Shown: piece after piece, positions 46,001-60,378 of the stretch
Layout of the letters: each line of letters starts with the position of its first letter
Position numbering within the stretch: position 1 is the stretch's first letter
Source of the DNA: Eledone cirrhosa
Lineage: Eukaryota
Assembly: GCA_964016885.1 (NCBI GenBank)
Contig: OZ024748.1
Span: 26,040,001-26,104,000, forward strand
Direction: 5' to 3'
Length of the DNA: 64,000 nucleotides
The notes under the pieces: model-generated
What the model saw: only the letters and a program-made list of their open reading frames with translations
Told to the model about the DNA's origin: nothing
Database searches by the model: none
Made by a program: the position numbers and the translations under genes

Positions 46001-46892
46001 CTGGATTTTGAAAATAGTGAAGAAGTTTAAAAAATACATTTTTCAATGGTAAAAAAAAACCTACAAATATTATTGATTTTTACCTAAGATACAAGATAAC
46101 AGAGTTAAGTGAACAGTTGCTAAAAATAGAAAGTATGAAGTCAAGTAATAAGACATCAGGCAGAAGTTTGGTGCGATATCTATCAACCAGTTCATAGCTC
46201 AACAATGTGTAAAATGATTTGGTCAACTTGATAAGAATGTTTATTGGCTAGCTGGCCCTGTGAGCTGATAACACCAAGTGCTTGAGCTTCAGATCAAGAG
46301 ACAGAACATATAAACGAGGAATTGATACACAGATACACAGCATTTCAAATTTATTTCAAATCCTGCCAGGGTTGACTTTGCCTTTCATTTCTTCACGGTC
46401 AATAAAAATGATTGGCCTTGTGCTCTGTTTGGTGGAATTTATTGTGCACTATAATACAACCACCTGATGCTTGGGTGGTAGAATTAGTCTGTCACACAGT
46501 ATAAACCAGCACGTGGTCCTTGGGTTGTAGACTTAATCTACCACCCAGTATAACCAACACGTGGTCCTTGGGTTGTAGACTTAATCTACCACCCAGTATA
46601 AACCAACACATGGTCCTTGGGTTGTAGACTTAATATGTCACCCATCATCTGGCTTTTGGGTGATAGATCTAATTTGTCACCCAGTATAACACTACCATCT
46701 GTCCTTTCAATGCCTTTAGCAACGTTCACTCATGTAAATTTTCAGATCAAGTCTCTTTTTCATGGATAAGTCCATTAAGTCAATATCTTGGTGTGCAGTC
46801 ATGGTTTCCCCCTCCCTTCCTAAACTTTAGTCTTGAAGGCCTTTCAAAATAACAAAAAAAAAATGTGTACTACTTCCCTCTTTGACTAAATA

Positions 46893-47110
46893 ATAATTTT
46901 CTAATTTCATCAAAAGTACAGCAATTTGTGTGAGGGTGGGGGTGTAAGTCATTATATTGACTGGTCATTACTTGACTGGTACTATATTTTATTGACTCCG
47001 GAAGAATGAAAGGAAAAGTCGATCTTGGTGTGATTTGAACTTAGAGTGTAAAGGGCAGTAACAAAAATACTACAATGTATTTCATCTGATGCACTAATGA
47101 TTCTATCAAT
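46893..47110 (-). mobile_element. SINE whose 5' head runs into the 20-bp satellite
   Basis: gaatgaaaggaaaagtcgatcttggtgtgatttgaact...catctgatgcactaatgattctatcaatccact. Confidence 0.7.
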
Positions 47111-50100
47111 CCACTAATGGTTCTATCAATCCACTAATGGTTCTATCAATCCACTAATGGTTCTATCAATCCACTAATGATTCTATCAATCCACTAATGG
47201 TTCTATCAATCCACTAATGGTTCTATCAATCCACTAATGATTCTATAAATCCACTAATGGTTCTATCAATCCGCTAATGGTTCTATCAATCCACTAATGA
47301 TTCTATTAATCCACTAATGGTTCTATCAATCCGCTAATGGTTCTATCAATCCACTAATGATTCTATCAATCCACTAATGGTTCTATCAATCCACTAATGA
47401 TCCTATCAATCCACTAATGGTTCTATCAATCCGCTAATGATTCTATCAATCCACTAATGGTTCTATCAATCCGCTAATGGTTCTATCAATCCACTAATGG
47501 TTCTATCAATCCACTAATGGTTCTATCAATCCACTAATGGTTCTATCAATCTGCTAATGGTTCTATCAATCCACTAATGGTTCTATCAATCCACTAATGG
47601 TTCTATCAATCTGCTAATGGTTCTATCAATCCGCTAATGGTTCTATCAATCTGCTAATGGTTCTATCAATCTGCTAATGGTTCTATCAATCCGCTAATGG
47701 TTCTATCAATCTGCTAATGGTTCTATCAATCCGCTAATGGTTCTATCAATCCACTAATGGTTCTATCAATCCGCTAATGATTCTATCAATCCGCTAATGG
47801 TTCTATCAATCTGCTAATGGTTCTATCAATCCGCTAATGGTTCTATCAATCCACTAATGATTCTATCAATCCACTAATGGTTCTATCAATCCACTAATGG
47901 TTCTATCAATCCACTAATGATTCTATAAATCCACTAATGGTTCTATCAATCCACTAATGGTTCTATCAATCCACTAATGGTTCTATCAATCCGCTAATGG
48001 TTCTATCAATCTGCTAATGGTTCTATCAATCCGCTAATGGTTCTATCAATCTGCTAATGGTTCTATCAATCCACTAATGATCCTATCAATCCACTAATGG
48101 TTCTATCAATCCGCTAATGGTTCTATCAATCCACTAATGATCCTATCAATCCACTAATGGTTCTATCAATCCGCTAATGGTTCTATCAATCCACTAATGA
48201 TCCTATCAATCCACTAATGGTTCTATCAATCCGCTAATGGTTCTATAAATCCACTAATGGTTCTATCAATCAACTAATGGTTCTATCAATCCACTAATGA
48301 TTCTATAAATCCACTAATGGTTCTATCAATCCACTAATGATTCTATAAATCCACTAATGATTCTATCAATCAACTAATGGTTCTATCAATCCACTAATGA
48401 TTCTATAAATCCACTAATGGTTCTATCAATCCGCTAATGGTTCTATCAATCCACTAATGATCCTATCAATCCACTAATGGTTCTATCAATCCACTAATGG
48501 TTCTATCAATCCGCTAATGGTTCTATAAATCCACTAATGGTTCTATCAATCTGCTAATGGTTCTATCAATCCACTAATGATTCTATAAATCCACTAATGG
48601 TTCTATCAATCAACTAATGGTTCTATCAATCCACTAATGATTCTATAAATCCACTAATGGTTCTATCAATCAACTAATGGTTCTATCAATCCACTAATGA
48701 TTCTATAAATCCACTAATGGTTCTATCAATCAACTAATGGTTCTATCAATCCACTAATGATTCTATAAATCCGCTAATGGTTCTATCAATCCACTAATGG
48801 TTCTATCAATCCACTAATGATTCTATAAATCCACTAATGGTTCTATCAATCCGCTAATGGTTCTATCAATCCGCTAATGGTTCTATCAATCCACTAATGG
48901 TTCTATCAATCTGCTAATGGTTCTATCAATCCGCTAATGGTTCTATCAATCCACTAATGATTCTATAAATCCACTAATGGTTCTATCAATCCACTAATGA
49001 TCCTATAAATCCACTAATGGTTCTATCAATCCGCTAATGGTTCTATCAATCCACTAATGATTCTATAAATCCACTAATGGTTCTATCAATCCGCTAATGG
49101 TTCTATCAATCCACTAATGATTCTATAAATCCACTAATGGTTCTATCAATCCACTAATGATTCTATCAATCCGCTAATGGTTCTATCAATCCACTAATGA
49201 TTCTATAAATTCACTAATGGTTCTATCAATCCACTAATGATCCTATCAATCCACTAATGGTTCTATCAATCCACTAATGGTTCTATTAATCCACTAATGG
49301 TTCTATCAATCTGCTAATGGTTCTATCAATCCACTAATGATTCTATCAATCCACTAATGGTTCTATCAATCCACTAATGGTTCTATTAATCCACTAATGG
49401 TTCTATCAATCTGCTAATGGTTCTATCAATCCACTAATGATTCTATAAATCCACTAATGGTTCTATCAATCCGCTAATGGTTCTATCAATCCACTAATGA
49501 TTCTATAAATCCACTAATGGTTCTATCAATCCGCTAATGGTTCTATCAATCTGCTAATGGTTCTATCAATCCGCTAATGATTCTATCAATCCGCTAATGG
49601 TTCTATCAATCCGCTAATGGTTCTATCAATCTGCTAATGGTTCTATCAATCCGCTAATGATTCTATCAATCCGCTAATGGTTCTATCAATCCACTAATGG
49701 TTCTATCAATCCACTAATGATTCTATAAATCCACTAATGGTTCTATCAATCCACTAATGATTCTATCAATCCGCTAATGGTTCTATCAATCCGCTAATGG
49801 TTCTATCAATCCACTAATGATCCTATCAATCCACTAATGGTTCTATCAATCCGCTAATGGTTCTATCAATCTGCTAATGGTTCTATCAATCCACTAATGA
49901 TTCTATAAATCCACTAATGGTTCTATCAATCAACTAATGGTTCTATCAATCCGCTAATGATTCTATAAATCCACTAATGGTTCTATCAATCCGCTAATGG
50001 TTCTATCAATCCGCTAATGGTTCTATCAATCTGCTAATGGTTCTATCAATCCACTAATGATTCTATAAATCCACTAATGGTTCTATCAATCCACTAATGA

Positions 50101-53100
50101 TCCTATCAATCCACTAATGGTTCTATCAATCTGCTAATGGTTCTATCAATCCACTAATGATTCTATAAATCCACTAATGGTTCTATCAATCCACTAATGG
50201 TTCTATTAATCCACTAATGGTTCTATCAATCTGCTAATGGTTCTATCAATCCACTAATGATTCTATAAATCCACTAATGGTTCTATCAATCCGCTAATGG
50301 TTCTATCAATCCACTAATGATTCTATAAATCCACTAATGGTTCTATCAATCCGCTAATGGTTCTATCAATCTGCTAATGGTTCTATCAATCCACTAATGA
50401 TTCTATAAATCCACTAATGGTTCTATCAATCAACTAATGGTTCTATCAATCCACTAATGATTCTATAAATCCACTAATGGTTCTATCAATCCGCTAATGG
50501 TTCTATCAATCCGCTAATGGTTCTATCAATCCGCTAATGATTCTATAAATCCACTAATGGTTCTATCAATCCGCTAATGGTTCTATCAATCCGCTAATGG
50601 TTCTATCAATCCACTAATGATTCTATAAATCCACTAATGGTTCTATCAATCCGCTAATGGTTCTATCAATCCGCTAATGGTTCTATCAATCCACTAATGA
50701 TTCTATAAATCCACTAATGGTTCTATCAATCCACTAATGATCCTATCAATCCACTAATGGTTCTATCAATCTGCTAATGGTTCTATCAATCCACTAATGA
50801 TTCTATAAATCCACTAATGGTTCTATCAATCCGCTAATGGTTCTATCAATCAGCTAATGGTTCTATCAATCTGCTAATGGTTCTATCAATCCACTAATGA
50901 TTCTATAAATCCACTAATGGTTCTATCAATCCACTAATGATTCTATAAATCCACTAATGGTTCTATCAATCAACTAATGGTTCTATCAATCCACTAATGA
51001 TTCTATAAATCCACTAATGGTTCTATCAATCCGCTAATGGTTCTATCAATCCGCTAATGGTTCTATCAATCTGCTAATGGTTCTATCAATCCACTAATGA
51101 TTCTATAAATCCACTAATGGTTCTATCAATCCACTAATGGTTCTATCAATCCGCTAATGGTTCTATCAATCTGCTAATGGTTCTATCAATCCACTAATGA
51201 TTCTATAAATCCACTAATGGTTCTATCAATCCGCTAATGATTCTATCAATCCACTAATGATTCTATCAATCCACTAATGATTCTATCAATCCACTAATGA
51301 TTCTATAAATCCACTAATGGTTCTATCAATCCACTAATGATTCTATCAATCCACTAATGGTTCTATCAATCCACTAATGATTCTATAAATCCACTAATGG
51401 TTCTATAAATCCACTAATGGTTCTATCAATCCACTAATGGTTCTATCAATCCACTAATGGTTCTATCAATCAACTAATGATTCTATCAATCCACTAATCA
51501 TTCTATCAATCCACTAATGGTTCTATCAATCAACTAATGGTTCTATCAATCTGCTAATGGTTCTATCAATCCACTAATGATTCTATAAATCCACTAATGG
51601 TTCTATCAATCCACTAATGGTTCTATCAATCCACTAATGATTCTATCAATCCACTAATGGTTCTATCAATCCACTAATGATTCTATCAATCCACTAATGA
51701 TTCTATCAATCCACTAATGATTCTATCAATCCACTAATGGTTCTATCAATCCACTAATGGTTCTATCAATCCGCTAATGGTTCTATCAATCCACTAATGA
51801 TTCTATCAATCCGCTAATGGTTCTATCAATCTGCTAATGGTTCTATCAATCCACTAATGATTCTATAAATCCACTAATGGTTCTATCAATCCACTAATGG
51901 TTCTATCAATCCACTAATGGTTCTATCAATCCACTAATGATTCTATCAATCCACTAATGGTTCTATCAATCCACTAATGATTCTATCAATCCACTAATGG
52001 TTCTATCAATCCACTAATGGTTCTATCAATCCACTAATGATTCTATAAATCCACTAATGGTTCTATCAATCCACTAATGATTCTATCAATCCACTAATGG
52101 TTCTATCAATCCACTAATGATTCTATCAATCCACTAATGGTTCTATCAATCCACTAATGGTTCTATCAATCCACTAATGATTCTATCAATCCACTAATGG
52201 TTCTATCAATCCGCTAATGGTTCTATCAATCCGCTAATGGTTCTATCAATCCACTAATGATTCTATCAATCCACTAATGGTTCTATCAATCCACTAATGA
52301 TTCTATAAATCCACTAATGGTTCTATCAATCCACTAATGATTCTATCAATCCACTAATGGTTCTATCAATCCACTAATGGTTCTATCAATCCACTAATGG
52401 TTCTATCAATCCACTAATGGTTCTATCAATCCACTAATGATTCTATCAATCCACTAATGGTTCTAACAATCCACTAATGGTTCTATCAATCCACTAATGG
52501 TTCTATCAATCCACTAATGATTCTATCAATCCACTAATGGTTCTATCAATCCACTAATGATTCTATAAATCCACTAATGGTTCTATCAATCCACTAATGA
52601 TTCTATCAATCCACTAATGGTTCTATCAATCCACTAATGGTTCTATCAATCCACTAATGGTTCTATCAATCCACTAATGATTCTATCAATCCACTAATGG
52701 TTCTATCAATCCACTAATGGTTCTATCAATCCACTAATGGTTCTATCAATCCACTAATGATTCTATCAATCCACTAATGGTTCTATCAATCCACTAATGA
52801 TTCTATCAATCCACTAATGGTTCTATCAATCCACTAATGGTTCTATCAATCCACTAATGGTTCTATCAATCCACTAATGGTTCTATCAATCCGCTAATGG
52901 TTCTATCAATCCGCTAATGGTTCTATCAATCCACTAATGGTTCTATCAATCCACTAATGGTTCTATCAATCCACTAATCATTCTATCAATCCACTAATGG
53001 TTCTATCAATCCACTAATGGTTCTATCAATCCACTAATGATTCTATCAATCCACTAATGGTTCTATCAATCCACTAATGGTTCTATCAATCCACTAATGA

Positions 53101-53949
53101 TTCTATCAATCCACTAATGATTCTATCAATCCACTAATGGTTCTATCAATCCGCTAATGGTTCTATCAATCCGCTAATGGTTCTATCAATCCACTAATGA
53201 TTCTATCAATCCACTAATGATTCTATCAATCCACTAATGATTCTATCAATCCACTAATGGTTCTATCAATCCACTAATGATTCTATAAATCCACTAATGA
53301 TTCTATCAATCCACTAATGATTCTATCAATCCACTAATGATTCTATCAATCTGCTAATGGTTCTATCAATCCACTAATGATTCTATCAATCCACTAATGA
53401 TTCTATCAATCCACTAATGGTTCTATCAATCCACTAATGATTCTATCAATCCACTAATGATTCTATCAATCCACTAATGATTCTATCAATCCACTAATGG
53501 TTCTATCAATCCACTAATGATTCTATCAATCCACTAATGATTCTATCAATCCACTAATGGTTCTATCAATCCACTAATGGTTCTATCAATCCACTAATGG
53601 TTCTATTAATCCACTAATGGTTCTATCAATCCGCTAATGGTTCTATCAATCCACTAATGATTCTATCAATCCACTAATGGTTCTATCAATCCGCTAATGG
53701 TTCTATAAATCCGCTAATGGTTCTATCAATCCACTAATGGTTCTATCAATCCACTAATGATTCTATAAATCCACTAATGGTCTATCAATCCACTAATGGT
53801 TCTATCAATCCATTAATGGTTCTATCAATCCGCTAATGGTTCTATCAATCCACTAATGGTTCTATCAATCCACTAATGGTTCTATCAATCCACTAATGGT
53901 TCTATCAATCCACTAATGGTTCTATCAATCCACTAATGATTCTATCAAT
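47092..53949. repeat. 20-bp satellite, ~340 copies (6.9 kb), in an IGBP1 intron
   Basis: Unit ttctatcaatccactaatgg with recurrent point variants. Confidence 0.97.
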
Positions 53950-53959
53950 TAACTAAATA

Positions 53960-54175
53960 ATAATAGTTTCTGATTTAGGAACAAAGCCAACAATTTTGGG
54001 GGGAGAGGAAAGTAGATTAAATCAGCCCCAGTGTGTTATTGGTACTTTATTTTGACTCCTGTAAGGATGAAAGGCTTAACTAAACTTGGCAGGATTTGAA
54101 CTCAGAACATAAAGAACTGGAACAAATACTGTTAAGCATTTGTCCGACCCTTTAACAACTCTGCCAATCTACGCT
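53960..54175 (-). mobile_element. tRNA-derived SINE
   Basis: ggatgaaaggc...ggcaggatttgaactcagaac...tctgccaatc. Confidence 0.7.
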
Positions 54176-54272
54176 AAATAATAATAATAAAAAAAGGAAG
54201 ATGGAAACCATTATGAAGAGAAAGGAACCTGAAAAGAGCCACACAACCAAATAATTTGTTGGTTGTACTTAC

Positions 54273-54342
54273 ATTTTATATTTTCATATTCATCAATAAC
54301 TGTGTTGATCCAGTGTCTAAGCAGCAACATGTAATATTTTCT
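54273..54342 (-). CDS. IGBP1: IGBP1 exon
   Basis: gtag|RKYYMLLLRHWINTVIDEYENIK|gtaagt; human REYYLLHLQRWIDISLEEIESI. Confidence 0.9.
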
Positions 54343-54839
54343 CTACACAGATATGGAAAATATATCTTACATCAAGAAATATTTACAAAAAAGTAACAAA
54401 TAAACAAACAAGTTAAAATAGTTGAATTTAGCAATCATAATAAGGGGAGCATGTATGTAGTAGTAAGTTGATCTGCTAGAAATAGAAGTCAACTGCCTCA
54501 AATCACACCCCACTGTCTATAAGTTCAATAAAGGGAAAGATACATTGAACAATGTAGTCGTAGATAATGTGTGCTGACTGGGGATGGAAGACTAAACAAC
54601 AAGTACTTACGAAAAGTATTTTATCAGATAATAAACATGCAGTAAGTTAAACAATGTTTCCATGAGTTAGTCCTCCATCATTTGATGAAGACTCAACTAT
54701 TTTGGTTTCAGGCCTACCTGTAGGTTGGACAGTATGTTCTCATGGATAGGTAATAGTAACTATGTCATAATTAGTCCTTGTCACTGACACATAGCTCATT
54801 ATTGTAATTAAATCAAAATAAATATAGATTTACAATTAG

Positions 54840-55205
54840 TTTAGTATTTACTGTTAGTATTAACTGTTAGTATTTACTATTTACTATTAGCATTTACTGT
54901 TAGTATTTATTAGTAGTATTTACTATTAGTATTTACTGTTAGTATTTACTGTTAATATTTGTTGTTAGTACTTACTGTTAGTATTTTCTGATAGTATTTA
55001 CTGTTAGTATTTACTGATAGTATTTATTAGTAGTATTTACTGTTAGTACTTACTATTAGTATTTACTACTAGTATTTGTTAGTATTTACTGTTAGTATTC
55101 AATATTAATATTTACTGTTAATATTTATTAGTAGTATTTAGTGTTAATATTCAATATTAGTATTTATGAGAAGTATTTACTGTTAATATTCAATATTAGT
55201 ATCTA
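54840..55205. repeat. Degenerate ~13-bp tandem repeat (tatttactgttag)
   Basis: Directly visible. Confidence 0.85.
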
Positions 55206-55426
55206 CTTGCAGTTTAGTATTCATATCAGTCTGATGAGGTCTACTGATGCTTTTATACTAAAGAAAAAGCTAGATACAAGAATAAATCTTAAAATACAGC
55301 AACTGTCATGTACTAACCAAGTCTACTTTATCAGCTTCCACTATAGAGCACAGATTCTTTCCAGACTGACCCACTGCCCCCCAGTGTAGATATAGTAGTG
55401 TCCTATCTCTCAGTTAAACAGAGGGT

Positions 55427-56357
55427 ATGGTATACCTGGAGCTACAGATCTACAGGTGAGACAATGTTGTCCAGTCAACAACCCTGACTAGATATGGTGT
55501 ACCTGGAGCTACAGATCTACAGGTAAGACAATGTTGTCCAGTCAACAACCCTGACTAGACATGGTGTACCTGGAGCTACAGATCTACAGGTAAGACAATG
55601 TTGTCCAGCCAACAACCCTGACTAGACATGGTGTACCTGGAGCTACAAATCTACAGGTAAGACAATGTTGTCCAGCCAACAACCCTGACTAGACATGGTG
55701 TACCTGGAGCTACAAATCTACAGGTAAGACAATGTTGTCCAGCCAACAACCCTGACTAGACATGGTGTACCTGGAGCCACAGATCTACAGGTAAGACAAT
55801 GTTGTCCAGCCAACAACCCTGACTAGACATGGTGTACCTGGAGCTACAAATCTACAGGTAAGACAATGTTGTCCAGCCAACAACCCTGACTAGACATGGT
55901 GTACCTGGAGCTACAAATCTACAGGTAAGACAATGTTGTCCAGCCAACAACCCTGACTAGACATGGTGTACCTGGAACTACAAATCTACAGGTAAGACAA
56001 TGTTGTCCAGCCAACAACCCTGACTAGACATGGTGTACCTGGAGCCACAGATCTACAGGTAAGACAATGTTGTCCAGCCAACAACCCTGACTAGACATGG
56101 TGTACCTGGAGCTACAAATCTACAGGTATGACAATGTTGTCCAGCCAACAACCCTGACTAGACATGGTGTACCTGGAGCCACAGATCTACAGGTAACACA
56201 ATGTTGTCCAGCCAACAATCCTGACTAGACATGGTGTATCTGGAACTACAAATCTACAGGTAAGACAATGTTGTCCAGCCAACAACCCTGACTAGACATG
56301 GTGTACCTGGAGCTACAAATCTACAGGTAAGACAATGTTGTCCAGCCAACAACCCTA
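55427..56357. repeat. 67-bp minisatellite, ~14 copies
   Basis: Unit atggtgtacctggagctacaaatctacaggtaagacaatgttgtccagccaacaaccctgactagac. Confidence 0.94.
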
Positions 56358-56448
56358 ACTGCTCCATCAGATTTGACATGGGGGTTATACAACAACAACA
56401 AATTGGTACAATAACAATTGGCACCAAGGAATAACTGTGAAGACCTAC

Positions 56449-56584
56449 CTCGACTTCTTCTTCAACGTGACTCTTTTCAACATGAGTTCGAAGATCTTTT
56501 AATTCAGATATTAATTTCTTCTGTTCTTTATACCTCTCTATTTTAGTTTGTCTTTGGTTTGCCATTAGCAATAAATTGGGATCT
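56449..56584 (-). CDS. IGBP1: IGBP1 exon
   Basis: ctag|(R)DPNLLLMANQRQTKIERYKEQKKL...VEEEVE|gtaggt; human PSLVAMASQRQAKIQRYKQKKEL. Confidence 0.93.
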
Positions 56585-56774
56585 CTAGATATCAATAAAC
56601 AATACAATTATTGTTATTTGTTCCAATAAGGGGGTGGAAGGACAGTGTTGTCAGAGTATTGGATAAAGTACTTCATTGCATTTAGTTACAGCTCTTTATG
56701 TCCAACATCATCATCACTGTTTAATGTCTATTTAGACGTGTTGTCATGCTATAAGGCTAGCCATAGCATTACTT

Positions 56775-57102
56775 GATGATGATGATGGCGATGGTGGTGG
56801 TGATGAAGATGATGATGGTGATGGTGATGATGATAGTGGTGGTGATGGTGATGATGATAGTGGTGACGATGATGATAATGGTGGTGATGATGATGATGAT
56901 GGTGATGGTGATGATGATAGTGGTGACGATGATGATAATGGTGGTGATGATGATGATGATGATGGTGGTGACGATGATGATAAGGGTGGTGATGATGTTG
57001 ATGATGATGGTGATGATGATAGTGGTGACGATGATGATGATGATGGTGATGATGATGATGGTGATGATGATAATGGTGATGATGAGGATGATGGCAATGA
57101 TG
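56775..57102. repeat. (GAT/GGT)n repeat
   Basis: Directly visible. Confidence 0.9.
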
Positions 57103-57107
57103 GTTAC

Positions 57108-57250
57108 CTGTTTTTATTAGAATTAGAAGATTTGGTAAGTTCTAAACCGTTTCCATGTTTTTCTTCTTCTTCCTCTTCATCATTCGGTTCCAGTTTGACA
57201 GAAGTCAGTTTATACAAAGAGCAGAGTCGCATAAAATCTTTGAAGTAAGC
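57108..57250 (-). CDS. IGBP1: IGBP1 exon
   Basis: acag|AYFKDFMRLCSLYKL...NSNKN(R)|gtaac; human EHFINYLTQCHCYHV; phases fit. Confidence 0.87.
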
Positions 57251-57514
57251 CTGTATATAGATATATATTATACATGTGTGAGTGTGTATATATATATTAT
57301 ACATGTGCGTACATGTATATATGTGAGGACCAGCAATACCATTGGTAGGGGTCGAAACTGCCAAATACATCTCAACAGCTGATGACCCTAGAGTTCTAGA
57401 GTATTTTCAAAAAATAATTTTTTAAGGTTTCCCCTTAAAAAATTGTTTATCATTTGCCTTGTCCTCTCTTAGTTAATTTTCTTAAGATTATATATATATA
57501 TATATATATATATA

Positions 57515-58070
57515 GTAGTGAAAGAGTGAAGAATAACATGGTACAAAAAGGGTTTTATTTCCAGTATTAACAATTGTTTCATTGATCAGGTGAGTGTAAA
57601 GACTGCTAATCACTCGAAGTTGCATCACTTAACCTTAAATACTTCTTTATTATTATCTTTTATTATTGATGTTATTGATTTCATTCACTTGATTCTCCGA
57701 ATGTATCTATAAATACCAATGCCATGTGTTACATCATCCTCCAATATTCCGATGATTTGATCAGAGACACACATTGTATTTAAGGTCGAGTGACGCAACT
57801 TCAAGTGATTAGCGACCTTTAGACTCACCTGATCAATGAAACAATTGTTAATACTTGAAATAAAACCCTTTTTGTACAGCCGACCATGTTATTCTTCACT
57901 CTTTCACTATTATTACTCCAAGAATGACCTGCATGGGAATTCTCGCAAACTCGCCACCTAACTAAGGAAACCTCTTGTTGAGTCAAATAACGCCGTACGT
58001 TAGAACTATCCACAATACAGAGTACTCACAACCTCTAACTGGATTACCTATAACGATAACTTGTTATTCC
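57515..58070. mobile_element. PLE-derived foldback in (TA)n with variant hammerhead (57744-57855, +) and TACTCCA tail
   Basis: Inverted repeat ~57515-57640 / ~57777-57912; aatatt-CCGATGA-tttgatcag...ctgatcaat-GAAA-caattgtt-aatact. Confidence 0.65.
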
Positions 58071-59224
58071 ATATATATATATATGTATATAAGAACAAAA
58101 GATGGTTAAAAGAGTTCCATGTATTTTATTATGCGCATTTCAAAAACAAATATCATGCAATAATATTTGTGTTTTCATCAGATAAAACAGGAAGACATGA
58201 TATGAAGATTAAAAAACACTTGTGGATAGTTCAGTTTTAAATCAACATATGAGAAGTAGTTTTAGATTGATGTGTGATATTGGGAAAAATATTTTATTTA
58301 GGGGGGGGGGGGGGGGATGAAAAAAAGAGGAGGAGATGAGAGTAAAAGGTGGAGAGGGAGGAGTATAATGAGGAAGGATGAGATAGGAGGAGAGATGGGT
58401 GATAGAGAGAGAGAGATAGCTTTTATAACTGAGAAAGATATATTGTTTTACATAGAGAGGTTGAAAACCATGGAAGATAATGTATAAATTAAAAGAATTT
58501 GAAAATTAACGAAGAGAAAAATAATGTAAAGTTAAGGTTTGTATATTGAGGGGTTTGATAATATGTGCGAAGAAAAAGAAAATGTTAATATGTATTGAGA
58601 ATAATGAGTTAGATGAAAGGGAGGAAAAGAATAATGAATTGAGGATGAATAATCTAACGTCAAAAAATGTATATGTTTACGAAGGATTTTTACAAGGTGA
58701 TATAGAGTAAGAATGTATTGTATTATGTAATAATTGATTCTATGTTAGGCAAGAGTGAGAAAAGGTACAGATTAGGGGTTAGACATTAGAAGAAGAAGAG
58801 AAGAAAGGGAAGTGATAAATAGGGGCGATGTAGAATGAATAAACAAGTATTATAGAATTTGAAAATTAACGAAGAGAAAAAATAATGTAAAGTTAAGGTT
58901 TGTATATTGAGGGGTTTGATAATATGTGCGAAGAAAAAGAAAAAGTTAATATGTATTGAGAATAATGAGTTAGATGAAAGGGAGAAAAGAATAATGAATT
59001 GAGGATGAATAATCTAACATCAAAAAATGTATATGTTTACGAAGGATTTTTACAAGGTGATATAGAGTAAGAATGTATTGTATTATGTAATAATTGATTC
59101 TATGTTAGGCAAGAGTGAGAAAAGGTACAGATTAGGGGTTAGACATGGGTATATTTTTAAAAGAAGTGTATATATATATATGTGCCTTTGAGAAAAAGAT
59201 TCTAAATTGATAAAGAATTGAATA

Positions 59225-59818
59225 TTAGCTGTATACTTTGTGAAATGTTTTATGGAATTTATGCAAGCAGATAGAAAACAAGTCAGTGCGTCTATTTATT
59301 ATAGAATCTAGATTAGATATAATGGTAAATTTTTCATTTAGACAGAGATTGCAGATTTTGGATAGAGAACTGTTCAAGTATGGAGACGCAGAAGAAACCT
59401 TCTTCCAAAAGATGCTATATTTAATATTTTTGTCTTTCAAGGACCATATGAGTTCTGAGAGAGCCGTGTTGGTTCTTTTAAGTTTGTATTTAAAAGACGA
59501 ATGATGGTTATAAAGACGAGCTTTAAAAGAGGTGGAAGTGGAGCCAAAATAGGTGAAGGAATTGGTGTCAGTTATAACTTTACATTCGTAAATTAAGTTT
59601 TTATCAAGACAATGGTTGTTGAGAGGACATTTATTTTTAATAGGGCAATTGCAATTGCAATTAGAGAGATTATTAATGAGTGACCTAGTGTTATCTATAG
59701 AAGGAATTGGATTGGAGAAGTTATTTGCGATAGCAATAATAGTTTCTTGATTTAGAATGGGATTAAGAACATTTAGCGAAGTTGTGTTTGACGTTGTATT
59801 TAGGTTTGTAGAAATTAG
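59225..59818 (-). pseudogene. PLE linker + GIY-YIG endonuclease fragment (RT lost)
   Basis: CNCPIKNKCPLNNHC, LIYECKV...YFGSTSTSFKARLYNHHSSF, TALSELIWSLK, CNLCLNEK, CLHK. Confidence 0.88.
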
Positions 59819-60181
59819 CCCCTCAATATACAAACCTTAACTTTACATTATTTTTCTCTTCGTTAATTTTCAAATTCTTTTAATTTATACATTATCTTCC
59901 AACGGTTTTCAACCTCTCTATGTAAAACAATATATCTTTCTCAGTTATAAAAGCTATCTCTCTCTCTCTATCACCCATCTCTCCTCCTATCTCATCCTTC
60001 CTCATTATACTCCTCCCTCTCCACCTTTTACTCTCATCTCCTCCTCTTTTTTTCACCCCCCCCCCCCCTCTAAATAAAATATTTTTCCCAATATCACACA
60101 TCAATCTAAAACTACTTCTCATATGTTGATTTAAAACTGAACTATCCACAAGTGTTTTTTAATCTTCATATCATGTCTTCC

Positions 60182-60253
60182 TGTTTTATCTGATGAAAAC
60201 ACAAATATTATTGCATGATGATATTTGTTTTTGAAATGCGCATAATAAAATAC
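60182..60253 (+). ncRNA. Type I hammerhead ribozyme
   Basis: gttttat-CTGATGA-aaacacaaatatta...tgatatttgttttt-GAAA-tgcgca-TA-ataaaat; helix III palindrome ATGCGCAT. Confidence 0.8.
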
Positions 60254-60378
60254 ATGGAACTCTTTTAACCATCTTTTGTTCTTATATATTATGTATACTC
60301 CAGTCCTACAAACTGTAGAGTGCTTCTTATCCGATATCTGCATTGCTTTATTGTACTACAATAAAACTCACCTCCTAC

